Below are positions 27,697 through 38,291 of a DNA stretch of 64,000 bases, piece after piece. The notes under the pieces are model-generated. The model was not told the DNA's origin, did no database searches, and saw only the letters and a list, made by a program, of their open reading frames with translations. The position numbers and the translations under genes are program-made. Source of the DNA: an uncultured Methylobacterium sp. (GTDB taxonomy: Bacteria; Pseudomonadota; Alphaproteobacteria; Rhizobiales; Beijerinckiaceae); assembly GCA_963990595.1 (NCBI GenBank), contig CAXDNE010000008.1, forward strand, positions 370-64,369. The letters run 5' to 3'. Numbering within the stretch: position 1 is the stretch's first letter; every line of letters begins with the position of its first letter.

Positions 27697-28119
27697 ATGA
27701 CCCATGCCCCCTCGAACGCTTCGCCCTGTGCTCTCGTCGTCGATGACGACGAAATGGTCCGAATGGCCGCGGTCGACATCCTGGAGGACGCGGGGTTCAC
27801 GACCTTCGAGGCCGCCTCCGGCGACAAGGCGTTGCTCGTGCTCGAAGAACACCATGCGTGCATCACGCTGCTGTTCACCGACGTGCAGATGCCGGGCGTG
27901 CACGATGGCTTCGCCCTCGCTCGCAAGGTCGCGAGCGCCTATCCTCACATCTCGATCGTCGTTGCGTCGGGGCAGGCCAAGCCCGGACCGAGCGATCTGC
28001 CGGACGGAGCACGCTTCATCGGAAAGCCGTTCAGCGCGGACATCGTGCATCACCACCTGCGCGAGGTTCTGCCGGACGAGCAGAAGCCCGAGCCCTTGCG
28101 CAAAAAGAACCCCGCCTGA
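27697..28119 (+). CDS. Single-domain response regulator (receiver)
   Basis: LVVDDD, LFTDVQMPG, VASG and FIGKPF. Confidence 0.92.
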   Translation: MTHAPSNASPCALVVDDDEMVRMAAVDILEDAGFTTFEAASGDKALLVLEEHHACITLLFTDVQMPGVHDGFALARKVASAYPHISIVVASGQAKPGPSDLPDGARFIGKPFSADIVHHHLREVLPDEQKPEPLRKKNPA

Positions 28120-28206
28120 GAGTTGCGGTCATATCCGCCGTCAGCACTCGCAGCTACGCAAGCATTTGGAATGACTGTCAGCACCTCATAGCGGAAACGG
28201 CGGCGA

Positions 28207-28350
28207 CTTCCGCTTCGATGCATCTGCCATCCAGAAGCGGACAAGCGGGAAACCACCCGACCCAGTCGTTTAGGGGCGCCTGCCAATGCGACCGGAGCTG
28301 GCCGAAAGCGGAATGGCTGCTGTTAGGCTCAGATTGCGGGCAAGCGGACG
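28207..28350. repeat. Junction palindromes, degenerate copies
   Basis: TTCCGCTTC...GAAGCGGAC...CCCGACCC (28207-28263) and TGGCCGAAAGCGG...AAGCGGAC (28299-28350). Confidence 0.7.
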
Positions 28351-28687
28351 TTCAGCGCGGCTAATTTAATGGGCTCAGAGTGCCGTCCTCAGGACCATCC
28401 ACATCATACCACTGAAGGTCTGCATCAAGTTGCGAATCGGGCGTGACGCTGCTGATGCTGGCGCAAGCTGACGCCCAGTTTTTGCGCTCCGGACCAATGA
28501 TATGTTTTGCAACTCAAAGTTATTCTTAAAGCAGATCCAACTTAACCGGAGGATACGATCGTCAACCTGAGGCTGATTTAGGTCTTGCGTGCGCTGGATT
28601 TGATCGCCTTGACCTCCCCAAGGGCATCCTTGGCGAAGTCCCGCCCTGTGGCGGTAACCACCAAGCCGGCCCTAGCCGCGCGTGCCG

Positions 28688-28860
28688 TCAGATGGCGAAC
28701 TCGACGTCCGGCACCACCGCGAGCCGCTCGGGCAACGGCGCCTCGAGCGTGAACCGCACCCAGCCGGGCGGTAGTCGATCCCGGCCTTGCCGCCCATCTC
28801 GGACGCGAGCGCCCGCTCGATCAGGCGTAAGCCCAACCCGGCGGTCGTCTCTCTGATCGA
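28688..28860 (-). pseudogene. C-terminal fragment of an HWE-type histidine kinase
   Basis: GLGLRLIERALASEMGGKAGIDYRP, then a frameshift to (G)VRFTLEAPLP...; the N-terminal part is missing. Confidence 0.6.
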
Positions 28861-29088
28861 GGCCTCGGCCGGAAGTCTGTGACGCGCAGGGTCGCCGATC
28901 CGCATCGCGCCCGGCAGACGCACCCGTACCCGCATCATGCGCCGTTGCACAAAGGGCCCGAATTCCGCTCCTTGGTCATCCGGACGACCAAGCTTCGACC
29001 TTCCGCGGCAGGATCCCGTGCACGTCCGTCCCGCAGCCTTTTGAAGCTTGCAACTTGCGCGGACCTATATATGTACGTGTGAGCATAT

Positions 29089-29910
29089 ATGGGGACGGTG
29101 ACGATGCTGGCTGAGGGGTCAATCGGCGCTCGACGGACGTCGCGGCAGGCATTCCTGTTCCCCGGGGCGGCGCTGTTCCTCGGCCAGGCCACCGATCAGC
29201 GGCTGCATCGCCACAGGGCGTTCGAGGTCGCCATCCCGCTGGAAGGCCATCTGCGCATCGAGACGGCGCGCGCCCCGGGCATCGGTCCCGAGGCAGGCGT
29301 CCTCGCGCCACTCGAACATCATCGCGTCATCGCGACCGGCAGGACCGCCTTCCTGTGGGTGGATCCTGAAACCCGTGCGGCCCGCGCCTTGGCGCAGGTC
29401 CGCCCCTCCGTGGACGGCAAGGGGCACGAGCGGTTGGTGTCACTGCTGCGCGAGATGGACCGTTCGGAGCCGACCCATGACGAGGCATGGGCGCTGCTCG
29501 ACCTCTGGCGTTCGATCTGGCTCGACGGACTGCCGCAGTTGCCGCGGCTGGACCGCCGCGTGTCAGAGGTTGTCGATCTCATCGATTCCGCGCCGGTACC
29601 GCTGGCCAACCGCTACGAGGCTGCCGACCAGGTCGCCCTCTCTCCGAGTCGGTTCTCGGCGCTCTTCACCCAACAGGTCGGCATGCCGCTCAGGAAGTAC
29701 CTCCTCTGGCGGCGCCTGCTCTTTGGCATTCGCCGCCTCGGCAACGGGGCTTCGGTGACGTCGGCCGCGGTCGAGGCCGGCTTCGCCGACGGCGCGCATT
29801 TCAGCCGGGTTTTCCGGGCGACCTTCGGATGCAAGCCCTCGTCGCTCGCGAACATGAGGGTCGTCGCGAGCGAAGCCCACCCGATCTCGCCGCGACCCCG
29901 ACCGAGCTAG
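29089..29910 (+). CDS. AraC family transcriptional regulator
   Basis: C-terminal LSPSRFSALFTQQVGMPLRKYLLWRRL...AAVEAGFADGAHFSRVFRATFG. Confidence 0.92.
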   Translation: MGTVTMLAEGSIGARRTSRQAFLFPGAALFLGQATDQRLHRHRAFEVAIPLEGHLRIETARAPGIGPEAGVLAPLEHHRVIATGRTAFLWVDPETRAARALAQVRPSVDGKGHERLVSLLREMDRSEPTHDEAWALLDLWRSIWLDGLPQLPRLDRRVSEVVDLIDSAPVPLANRYEAADQVALSPSRFSALFTQQVGMPLRKYLLWRRLLFGIRRLGNGASVTSAAVEAGFADGAHFSRVFRATFGCKPSSLANMRVVASEAHPISPRPRPS

Positions 29911-29934
29911 GACGCGGCCCCGTCTCGCGGGACC

Positions 29935-29949
29935 GTCGTATCGTTCAAG
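29935..29949 (+). promoter_or_regulatory. 15-bp motif GTCGTATCGTTCAAG, repeated exactly at 31621-31635; candidate regulator site
   Basis: Exact duplicate upstream of two neighbouring transcription units. Confidence 0.5.
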
Positions 29950-30070
29950 GAATTCCCGTCGCCCGGCCCAGATGTAGGTGCAACCAGCGCAAGACCGGGT
30001 CGAGGGCGAAAGCCCCCACGTCAGGTATCCGCATTTGCGCGGAGCTCTTGCAGAAACATGGAGATCATCG

Positions 30071-30343
30071 ATGAGAGCCGTAGGCCCCCGTAAAAAGCAC
30101 CTTCCCACCGCGCTCGTCGGACTGGTGCTGACGTGCCTCGTCGGATCGGTCATGCAGGTCGAGGCACAGGAGTTTCACGACACCCCGTCGGAGACGATCC
30201 GCGACCGCCAGGCATGCACCTCTGACGTCATGAATCTCTGCCGGGCCTTCATCCCGAACCGGACCGCCATCACCAACTGCCTGGTCGAGAACATCGACCA
30301 TCTCAGTCCGGCCTGCCGCACCGTGATCGCGAGCCGTCGATGA
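30071..30343 (+). CDS. Small secreted Cys-rich protein
   Basis: Signal peptide followed by AC..DV..LC...P....I..CL...LS..C; paralogue at 58748-59005. Confidence 0.8.
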   Translation: MRAVGPRKKHLPTALVGLVLTCLVGSVMQVEAQEFHDTPSETIRDRQACTSDVMNLCRAFIPNRTAITNCLVENIDHLSPACRTVIASRR

Positions 30344-30492
30344 CCGCGGCACCACTCGACCAGCCCCTGGCCGGCGACGGGGTGGGCGGCGAGGCCGGTC
30401 ACGGTCATCCGCCCTCGGTGGGCCGCCGCGTCTGCTTGCAGCGTCGACGCCCGACGTTATATGTACGAAAGGACACTTATTCGGCGGGTGGG

Positions 30493-31158
30493 ATGGTTTC
30501 TCGACCCAGAGGGCCGGCCGAGGCGGGAACCCGTCCGCGCGGCCGCAGGACCAAAGACATGCCGGACGGTCGGCAGGCCCTTCTCCGTGCGGCGACCCTC
30601 GCGTTCTCCAACGACGGCTTCGACGGAGCCGACATCCGGAGCATTTCCATCGCTGCGGGGGTCAGCCCGAACCTGGTTCGCATCCATTTCGGCAGCAAGG
30701 CGGAGCTCTGGGAAGCCTGCCTCGACTTAATCGTGACGGCGACGACGCCTGTCATCGACGAGGTCGGAAAGCTTTCCAGGCAATCGGATAGGCCCCTTTA
30801 CGAACGTCTGAGCAATCTCATCACCACGGTCGCGAACTTCTACGCGGTCCATCCGGAGGTAAGGGATTTCGTCTTCCACCACGGGTCGGACGCCCCCGAG
30901 CGAGCGGTGATGGTGACGGAGCGCCTCCTCAGGCCGGCCTACGAGGCCTGCCGTTCGTTGTTCGCAGCCGGCATCGAGGCCGGGATCGTGCGCAGCAGCC
31001 ATCCGGCCCTGTTCTTCTCGCTGCTCAACGGTGCCGTGGGCCAGCCGCCCGCCTTCCCGGCGATGCTGAATCGGCTCGCGCCCGACATCGACGTCGAAGA
31101 GGCGCGCAGGCGCATGGCCAAGACCGTGGTCGCATCGCTGCTTCACCGGGCCGCCTGA
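30493..31158 (+). CDS. TetR/AcrR family regulator
   Basis: AATLAFSNDGFDGADIRSISIAAGVSPNLVRIHFGSKAELW. Start uncertain (30493 or 30559). Confidence 0.9.
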   Translation: MVSRPRGPAEAGTRPRGRRTKDMPDGRQALLRAATLAFSNDGFDGADIRSISIAAGVSPNLVRIHFGSKAELWEACLDLIVTATTPVIDEVGKLSRQSDRPLYERLSNLITTVANFYAVHPEVRDFVFHHGSDAPERAVMVTERLLRPAYEACRSLFAAGIEAGIVRSSHPALFFSLLNGAVGQPPAFPAMLNRLAPDIDVEEARRRMAKTVVASLLHRAA

Positions 31159-31707
31159 CCCGACCAGCCTTCTCCCGACGTCGATGGCGCCGGACCGAGC
31201 GACGGGACGCCGGCATCACCAGCCGGGTCCCGGCTGGCCAGCGGTCCCGGGCACGATGGTGAAGATTGAGAGAGCCGCCATGCCGCTCACCTTCGTTCGA
31301 CGTCCATCCTCTCACGGAGGCCGACCACGCCTCCGCATAGGACGCTGGGCCTTCGGCTTCGCCCCCTCGCCGGAAGTCCAGCCAGCAGGCCGCGCGGGCA
31401 ATAAGCCCGATCCCCGCGCGGCCTCCGACCTCGCCGACTTCCGGGGGGCGGTCCGCGGCAAGGAAAGCCTTCGCCGGTGCCGGTGGACCGAAATCCAGCC
31501 GCGGCAGGATCATCGGCTACCCCCGTGCCGAAGCCATCACTTGTTCGAAGAACTTCGAACCCATCGCCTTAAGCCGCGGTGGAGAACTTCGTCTCGGCTG
31601 CCGCCAGCGACGGCAAGTCAGTCGTATCGTTCAAGCGTTCAGGGCCGCCTGCCCGTAGCGTCCCTGCTCCGGCCCGAGGGCCGAAGCACCATCGGCCGGG
31701 GGGCTCA

Positions 31708-31953
31708 GTGAATGTGCCGGCTTCCCGGACGATGGCAGTGATGCAAGCCGCGGCACCGACCTTCAGCCTCTTCGGGGCCTTCTTCCCTGCGTGGCTCGTC
31801 TGCGCGGTCGCGGGGATCGTCGGCGCGTTGTCGCTCAGGGTGGCATTCTCCGTCATCCAACTCGACGACGGCATCCCGTTCAAGCTGCTGACCTACACCT
31901 GTGCGGCCTTGGCCATCGACTGTGGCCTCTGGCTGCTGCTGTTCGGCCCGTGA
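31708..31953 (+). CDS. ytcA: YtcA-like small membrane protein
   Basis: APTFSLFGAFFPAWLVC motif, directly upstream of mdtN-like gene. Lipobox not evident and start uncertain. Confidence 0.7.
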   Translation: MNVPASRTMAVMQAAAPTFSLFGAFFPAWLVCAVAGIVGALSLRVAFSVIQLDDGIPFKLLTYTCAALAIDCGLWLLLFGP

Positions 31954-31968
31954 GCGATATGCGGCCGC

Positions 31969-32997
31969 ATGGTTAAGGCACTCCTCGGCAGGCTCGTCGC
32001 CCTCGCGATCATCCTCACGGCGGTCGGCGTAGGCTGGAGCTACTACCGCGCGACGCAGCACAACCCGACCTCCGACGATGCGTCCATCGATGCGGACGTG
32101 GTCCACATGGCCGCCTCGGTCGGGGGACGGATCGTCGAGTTGCCGGTGCAGGAGAACCAACTGGTCCGGAAGGACGAGGTGGTGTTCCGCATCGACCCGG
32201 AGCCCTACCGCCTGCGCCTGGAGGCGGCCCTGGCCGAGGTGAAGGCCGGCGAGGGCCTGCTCGCGAGCCAGACCCGGGCCGTCGCCACCGAGCGGGCGAA
32301 CGTGGAGATCGCCGATCAGCAGGTCGTGCGCGCCCGTTCAAACCTCGAACTGGCCACGAACACCCTGGCGCGGATCAAGCCGCTGCATCCGAAGGGGTAC
32401 GTGTCGGATCAGCAGGTGGACGATGCCGCCACGGCCAAACGCAACGCCGAGACAAGCCTGACCCAGGCGATGCAGCAGGCCGCCGCCGCCCGCGGCGCGG
32501 TCGGTGACACGGAATCGGCGAAGGCCAACCTGGAGACCCGCAAGGCCACGGCGGCCCTGGCGGCGCGTGACCTCGCGAACACGGTCGTCAAGGCGCCCCA
32601 CGAAGGCCGCGTCACCGGCCTCACCGTCAAGTCGGGGGAATTCGTCGCCCCCGGCCAGTCGCTCTTCACCCTGATCGTCACCGACGAGTGGTTCGCCGTC
32701 GCCAACTTCCGCGAGACCGAACTCAACCGCATCCGGGGCGGCGGGTGCGCGGTCGTGTACTCGATGATCGACCGGACTGTGCCCATCAAGGGACGCGTCG
32801 ACAGCATCGGCTACGGCGTCTCGGGACAGGACCGGGTGAACCTGCCGCGTTCGGTCCCCATCGTCGTCCGTTCCGTCGACTGGGTCCACGTCGCCCAGCG
32901 GTTCCCCGTGCGCGTGAAGCTGGAGAACCCGCCGGAGGATCTCGCCCGGCTGGGCGCCAGCGCCATCGTCAGGATACCCCGCGATGGCGACTGCTGA
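31969..32997 (+). CDS. mdtN: MdtN-like membrane fusion protein (HlyD family)
   Basis: N-terminal TM, VGGRIVELPVQENQLV, FRIDPEPY, VKAPHEGRV and WVHVAQRFPVRV. Confidence 0.88.
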   Translation: MVKALLGRLVALAIILTAVGVGWSYYRATQHNPTSDDASIDADVVHMAASVGGRIVELPVQENQLVRKDEVVFRIDPEPYRLRLEAALAEVKAGEGLLASQTRAVATERANVEIADQQVVRARSNLELATNTLARIKPLHPKGYVSDQQVDDAATAKRNAETSLTQAMQQAAAARGAVGDTESAKANLETRKATAALAARDLANTVVKAPHEGRVTGLTVKSGEFVAPGQSLFTLIVTDEWFAVANFRETELNRIRGGGCAVVYSMIDRTVPIKGRVDSIGYGVSGQDRVNLPRSVPIVVRSVDWVHVAQRFPVRVKLENPPEDLARLGASAIVRIPRDGDC

Positions 32998-34870
32998 AGC
33001 ACGCGGCCCGTCGCCCCTCCTCGCCGAGTTGGCGCCTTTCCCAGGCCGCACCGGGATGGCCCTGCGGGTGACCGCGGTGTCCGTGCTCGTCGTCCTGGCA
33101 TCGATGACCTTCAAGGTCCCCGAGACCGCGGTCAGCGTCTTCCTCGTCCTCTTCCTGCAGAAGCCCGACAGCGCGACCACCGTCCTGATGTGCATCGCCC
33201 TCTCGGTGCTGCTGCCCATCATCGTGGGGATCATCTTCGCCGTCGCGATCCTGACCCTGGACTTCCCCCAGGCGCGGGTCGCCGCGATGGTCCTGCTGTC
33301 GTTCGGCATCCTTTGGTTAGCCTCGGCGAGCAAGCTCGGCGCCCTGGGCAACACGATAGGCCTCGTCCTCGCCTACGGCATCGACCTGCTCGGCAAGGGC
33401 GCCAACGGCGAGCTCGTGACCCGGGGCCTGCTTTATGCCCTGCAGTTCTCGATGATGCCGCTCGCGGTGTTGATCGCCTTCAACCTGCCCTTCGGCCGGC
33501 ATCCGGAGCGGCTCGCGAGGGAGGCGCTGGCGGAACGCCTCAGGCTCGCTGCCGCGTGCTTCGAGGACCCGGGCCGCGCGGATGCCATTCGCGTCGTGGA
33601 CCTGGACGATGGCGCGATCCGGAAGCTGGTACGTCTGGCCGGTCTCCTGGGCCGTCTGAAGCGGACGTCGGCGGCGCGGCTGGGCGCCCTGATGCCCGTC
33701 AGTCGGGCGCTCCTGATCAGGCTTGCCGCCGGTGGGGGCGCCGGACAGCCCACGGACCGTCCCGACCTCGGCGCCCGGTGCCGGGACCTGGCGCAGACGG
33801 TCGAACACGGGCGACCGACGACAGGGGGCGCAAGGCCGGCCGTCCAGCCGGGAGACGCCCTCGGGGATCTGGTCACGGAAGCGGAGGAGGCTTTCGCGAG
33901 CGGCCGGGCCGCAGCGAAGCCGAAGGTCGCGAAATCGGGATTCCTCAAACCCGACGCGTTCTCGAACCCCGACCACGTCCGCTACGCGCTGAAGACGACG
34001 TTGGCGGCGATGGCCTGCTACCTCACCTACGCCATCCTCGACTGGCCGGGCATCCACACCTGCATGATCACGTGCTTCGTGGGGTCGCTGCTCACGGTCG
34101 GCGAGACCAACCGGAAGCTGGTCCTGCGCCTATCCGGCTGCCTGATCGGCGCGACGCTCGGCCTCGCGACCCTCGTGTACGTCCTGCCGCACATCGACGG
34201 CATCACCGGCCTGCTCGTCGTCGTCGCCGCCGTCGTCCTGCCGAGCGCGTGGGTCGTCGTCGGCAGCGAGCGGATTTCGTACATGGGCATCCAGATCGCC
34301 TTCGCGTTCTGCCTGTGCGTGCTGCAGGGCTTCGCGCTGAAGACGGATCTGACCGTCGCCCGCGACAGGATCATCGGCATCGTCTTCGGCGACCTCGTGA
34401 TCTTCCTGGTGGCGACCCGGCTCTACCCCGTTTCGATCCTGCCGGAGGTGGAGGCGACGGTGCGCCGCTTCCTCGCCGGCATCCGCGGCCTCGTGGCGAG
34501 GGAGGAGACCGGTCCCGTCGGCCAGCGTTCCGACCCCGGCGCGCTGGAAGCCCTGGAGCGCCTGCGGGACCAGATCGACGCCCTGGCCTACGAGCCGGGC
34601 GACGGCCCCGAACGGGCGCGGCCCGCCACCGACATGCTCGACGCCGGGGAGCGTCTCTACGAGCGCGCGGCCCGCATCGGATCGCTCGCCGCGGAGCACC
34701 GCCCCCCCGCCATGGCCGGTGCCCGAGCCATGGCGGCTGCCGTGGACGGGGCGATGCACGAGGCGGACGACCCCGAAGCGCCCGCAAGGGGCGCCCCGGA
34801 CGTGGCCGGGTTCGCCGAGGCGTGGCGGACGCTCCGTTCGGACGCAGCGAGGCGTCACGCACATGCTTAG
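32984..34870 (+). CDS. mdtO: FUSC family / MdtO-like inner membrane efflux subunit
   Basis: ELAPFPGR start, NPDHVRYALKTTLAAMACY, WPGIHTCMITCF and ARDRIIGIVFG. Confidence 0.85.
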   Translation: MATAEARGPSPLLAELAPFPGRTGMALRVTAVSVLVVLASMTFKVPETAVSVFLVLFLQKPDSATTVLMCIALSVLLPIIVGIIFAVAILTLDFPQARVAAMVLLSFGILWLASASKLGALGNTIGLVLAYGIDLLGKGANGELVTRGLLYALQFSMMPLAVLIAFNLPFGRHPERLAREALAERLRLAAACFEDPGRADAIRVVDLDDGAIRKLVRLAGLLGRLKRTSAARLGALMPVSRALLIRLAAGGGAGQPTDRPDLGARCRDLAQTVEHGRPTTGGARPAVQPGDALGDLVTEAEEAFASGRAAAKPKVAKSGFLKPDAFSNPDHVRYALKTTLAAMACYLTYAILDWPGIHTCMITCFVGSLLTVGETNRKLVLRLSGCLIGATLGLATLVYVLPHIDGITGLLVVVAAVVLPSAWVVVGSERISYMGIQIAFAFCLCVLQGFALKTDLTVARDRIIGIVFGDLVIFLVATRLYPVSILPEVEATVRRFLAGIRGLVAREETGPVGQRSDPGALEALERLRDQIDALAYEPGDGPERARPATDMLDAGERLYERAARIGSLAAEHRPPAMAGARAMAAAVDGAMHEADDPEAPARGAPDVAGFAEAWRTLRSDAARRHAHA

Positions 34871-36386
34871 GATACTCCGTCGCGCCTTCGGTCTGGCGAC
34901 CGTCCTCCTCACGGCGGGATGCGCGACGTCGTCCCTGGACCTCGCCCCGGCGACGCCCGGCACGCCCTTCGTGCCGCCGGGCGCACCGGCGCCCATCGAG
35001 ATGAGCGAGGTCGATTTCGGTCTCCCGGCCAGGCCTGCGCTCGCGGTCGTTCAACCGCCGCCGGCCACAGACCCCGTCCGGGTCCACACCTTGCCGGAAC
35101 TCATCGACATCGCGCAGACCACGAACCCGACGACCCGCATCGCATGGGAGCAGGCCCGGCAGGCGGCTTTGGCGGTCGGCATCGTCAAGGCGAGCTACCT
35201 GCCGGTCGTCACCGCCACGGTCCTCGGCGGGTATCAGTATACCTCGTCGAGCCAGACGCTGCCGCTCACCGGCCGGACCGGCAACCTCGGGACCGAGGCT
35301 ACCGGCACGGTCTCGACGGCAGCCTTGCAGTGGCTCCTGTTCGATTTCGGGCAGCGTGACGCGCTGGCGAAGGCGGCCGGCAAGCTGTCGCTCGCCTCGA
35401 ACATCTCGTTCAACGCCGTCCACCAGAAGATCATCTATGACGTCGGGCGGCAGTTCTACGAGTTCGGCGCCGCCCGCGAGCGCGTCCGCATCGCGGGTGC
35501 GTCGCAGCGTGACGCGCGGGCCGTCCTCGACGCCGCCGAGAGCCGCCTGCACCAGGGCGTCGGGACCACCGTCGAGGTCGCGCAGGCCAAGCAGATGCTC
35601 GCCCAGGCCGACTTCGACCTGGTCCAGGGCCGGAACGCCGAGCGGGATTCCTACAACGGCCTCATCGGCGCGATGGGCGTGTCGCCGGTCACGCGGATCC
35701 GCGTCGAGGACGCTTCCGTCCATCCTCTGCCCCCATTGGTCGGTGCCCCCCTGGAAACGCTCGTCGGAACGGCCCTGCGCCACAGGCCGGACCTGCAGGT
35801 CGCGGTCGCGACCGCACAGGCCAGCCGCGCCGGCGTCGCCGCGGCGGAAGCCGACTTCCTGCCGAAGGTCTTCACGTCGGTCTCGGGGAACTCCGTGAAC
35901 GGCCGGCTGAGCGTGACGTCGTTGCCCATCGTGGGGAACGTCGGGAGCTCCGCCCTTGGCACGTCGCCAGGAAGCAGCAACGTCACCGTGCTCGGCGGCG
36001 TTTCCGTGCCGATCTTCGACGGAGGCGTGCGGGCCGCGCGCCTCGAAGAGGCGAGGTCCCGGACCGCGCAGGCCGAGGACACGTTCATCCGCCTACAGCA
36101 GGACGCGGCGCGGGAAGTGGTCGTGTCGGTCGACGCGCTGAAGAGCGCGCTCGCCGCGTTCCGCGCCGCTACCACGCTCGTGGCAGCGTCCGCGGTCAGT
36201 TACGACGCGACCCTGTCTGCCTATCGCAGCGGCGCGGGGACGATCACGGCGGCGCTGGAGGCGCAGAGGGCTCTCTTGGCGGCCCGGAATGCGCGGGGCC
36301 AGGCCCATGGAACGGCGCAGATCGCCGCCGCCACGCTGGCTTTCGCCATGGGTAGCGCGACCAACGCCCGGGCTTTCTCACGATGA
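34863..36386 (+). CDS. mdtP: MdtP/TolC-like outer membrane efflux lipoprotein
   Basis: Lipobox LTAGC; TolC repeats (LPELIDIAQTTNP, ALRHRPDL, SVPIFDGG). Confidence 0.88.
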   Translation: MLRILRRAFGLATVLLTAGCATSSLDLAPATPGTPFVPPGAPAPIEMSEVDFGLPARPALAVVQPPPATDPVRVHTLPELIDIAQTTNPTTRIAWEQARQAALAVGIVKASYLPVVTATVLGGYQYTSSSQTLPLTGRTGNLGTEATGTVSTAALQWLLFDFGQRDALAKAAGKLSLASNISFNAVHQKIIYDVGRQFYEFGAARERVRIAGASQRDARAVLDAAESRLHQGVGTTVEVAQAKQMLAQADFDLVQGRNAERDSYNGLIGAMGVSPVTRIRVEDASVHPLPPLVGAPLETLVGTALRHRPDLQVAVATAQASRAGVAAAEADFLPKVFTSVSGNSVNGRLSVTSLPIVGNVGSSALGTSPGSSNVTVLGGVSVPIFDGGVRAARLEEARSRTAQAEDTFIRLQQDAAREVVVSVDALKSALAAFRAATTLVAASAVSYDATLSAYRSGAGTITAALEAQRALLAARNARGQAHGTAQIAAATLAFAMGSATNARAFSR

Positions 36387-36462
36387 CCGCGGCGCCGCCG
36401 TCCCGACGACGATCTGCACTTGGCGTGCCGCCGGGACCTGCTTACTGAATGAGCCTCTAGCT

Positions 36463-37407
36463 TTAAGCTTTAGCGATCTCGGATCGCAGCTCCGGGACGA
36501 CCTGGAACAGATCGCCAACGAGGCCGTAATCGGCAACTTGGAAGATTGGCGCGTCCTCATCCTTGTTGATCGCGACGATGATCTTCGAGTCCTTCATGCC
36601 GGCCAGATGCTGGATCGCGCCGGAGATGCCGACCGCTACGTAGAGGTCCGGGGCCACGACCTTGCCGGTCTGGCCGACCTGCCAGTCGTTCGGCGCGTAG
36701 CCGGCATCCACGGCTGCGCGCGAGGCACCCACCGCCGCGCCGAGGCTGTCAGCTAGGGGCTCGATCAACTCATGGAACTTGTCCGACGATCCTAGCGAGC
36801 GGCCACCCGATACGATGATCCGCGCGGAGGCCAGCTCCGGGCGGTCGGACTTGGCGATCTCCTCGCCCTTGAAGCTCGAACGGGCCGCGTCAGGCGCGGC
36901 GGCGGAGACCGGCTCGATCGGGGCCGCGGCTCCACTTTCCTCGGCGGCCTTGAAGGCCGCGGTGCGCACCGTGATCACACGCTTGCCGGTCGGCGTCTGC
37001 ACGGTCTGGATCGCATTGCCGGCGTAGATCGGCCGCTCGAAGGTGTCGGGTGCGATGACCTTGATGATGTCCGACACCTGCGCCACGTCGAGCAGGGCGG
37101 CCACGCGCGGCAGCACGTTCTTGCCCGTGGTCGAGGCCGAGGCGATGACCGTCTCGTAGGGGTCGGCGATCGACGCTATCAAAGCCCCGACCGGCTCGGC
37201 GAGATCGTGATCGTAGACCGCATCCTCGGCAACGAGCACCTTCTCGACGCCGTCGAGCTTGGCGGCCGCTTCCGCCACGGATTTCGATCCGGAACCGAGC
37301 ACGAGGGCGTGGATCGGTGCGCCGATAGTCTTGGCGGCGGTCAGCGCCTTGAGCGTGCCGTCCTTGATCCGGCCGTTGCCGTGCTCGACGAAGAGAAGTG
37401 TGGTCAT
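36463..37407 (-). CDS. etfA: Electron transfer flavoprotein alpha subunit
   Basis: [36 protein letters not shown] and [12 protein letters not shown]. Confidence 0.97.
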   Translation of the reverse strand: MTTLLFVEHGNGRIKDGTLKALTAAKTIGAPIHALVLGSGSKSVAEAAAKLDGVEKVLVAEDAVYDHDLAEPVGALIASIADPYETVIASASTTGKNVLPRVAALLDVAQVSDIIKVIAPDTFERPIYAGNAIQTVQTPTGKRVITVRTAAFKAAEESGAAAPIEPVSAAAPDAARSSFKGEEIAKSDRPELASARIIVSGGRSLGSSDKFHELIEPLADSLGAAVGASRAAVDAGYAPNDWQVGQTGKVVAPDLYVAVGISGAIQHLAGMKDSKIIVAINKDEDAPIFQVADYGLVGDLFQVVPELRSEIAKA

Positions 37408-37477
37408 GTGCGTGCGAACCCCTGTGTGTGCGGGCCGCGCTCGACCGTAGCGGGAGCGCGGCCACGGTTGCGTAGAC

Positions 37478-38227
37478 TTATATGACGCCGGCCTCGACCT
37501 TGAGTTTCTGTACCAGCTCGGCCGCGGAGCTGACTTTGACGCCGGCTGACCGGCCCGGCGGCTCAGCAGTCTTGAGCACCGTGAGCTTCGGCGTCACATC
37601 GACACCGAGCGCGTCGGGCGCGAGTTCTTCGAGCGGCTTCTTCTTCGCCTTCATGATGTTTGGCAGGGAGGCGTAGCGCGGCTCGTTCAGGCGTAGATCC
37701 GTCGTGACGATCGCCGGAAGCGTCAGTGTCACGGTCTGCAGGCCGCCATCGACCTCGCGGGTCACGTCGAGGCTGCCCTCGCCGAACTCGATCTTGTACG
37801 CGAAGGTGCCCTGCGGCCAGCCGAGCAGGGCGCCGAGCATCTGCCCGGTTTGGTTTGAATCGTCGTCGATCGCCTGTTTGCCGAGGATGACGAGTTCGGG
37901 ATTCTCCTTTTCCACGACCCCCTTCAGGAGCTTGGCGACCGCGAGCGGCTCGCAGTTGACGTCGGTCTTCACCAGAATAGCCCGGTCGGCGCCCATGGCG
38001 AGCGCGGTGCGCAGAGTCTCCTGCGCAGCCTGCGGGCCGATCGAGATGGCCACGATCTCGGTGACCTGGCCTTTCTCCTTGAGCCGGATCGCCTCCTCGA
38101 CGGCGATCTCGTCGAAGGGGTTCATCGACATCTTGACGTTAGCGAGTTCGACCCCGGAGCCGTCGGCCTTTACGCGGATCTTGACGTTGTAGTCTACAAC
38201 CCGCTTGACGGGCACAAGAACCTTCAT
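37478..38227 (-). CDS. etfB: Electron transfer flavoprotein beta subunit
   Basis: [33 protein letters not shown] and [16 protein letters not shown]. Confidence 0.97.
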   Translation of the reverse strand: MKVLVPVKRVVDYNVKIRVKADGSGVELANVKMSMNPFDEIAVEEAIRLKEKGQVTEIVAISIGPQAAQETLRTALAMGADRAILVKTDVNCEPLAVAKLLKGVVEKENPELVILGKQAIDDDSNQTGQMLGALLGWPQGTFAYKIEFGEGSLDVTREVDGGLQTVTLTLPAIVTTDLRLNEPRYASLPNIMKAKKKPLEELAPDALGVDVTPKLTVLKTAEPPGRSAGVKVSSAAELVQKLKVEAGVI

Positions 38228-38291
38228 CCTGTCTCTCCTGAAGATCTTCGATGGCTGCACGCGCAGACCGGCGTCACCTCCAGCGCACGCA

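Noticed and set aside
28560-28670. Minus-strand fragment ending ...DFAKDALGEVKAIKSSARKT*
   Set aside because: May be the tail of a lost gene, but it is too short (~30 aa) to assign.
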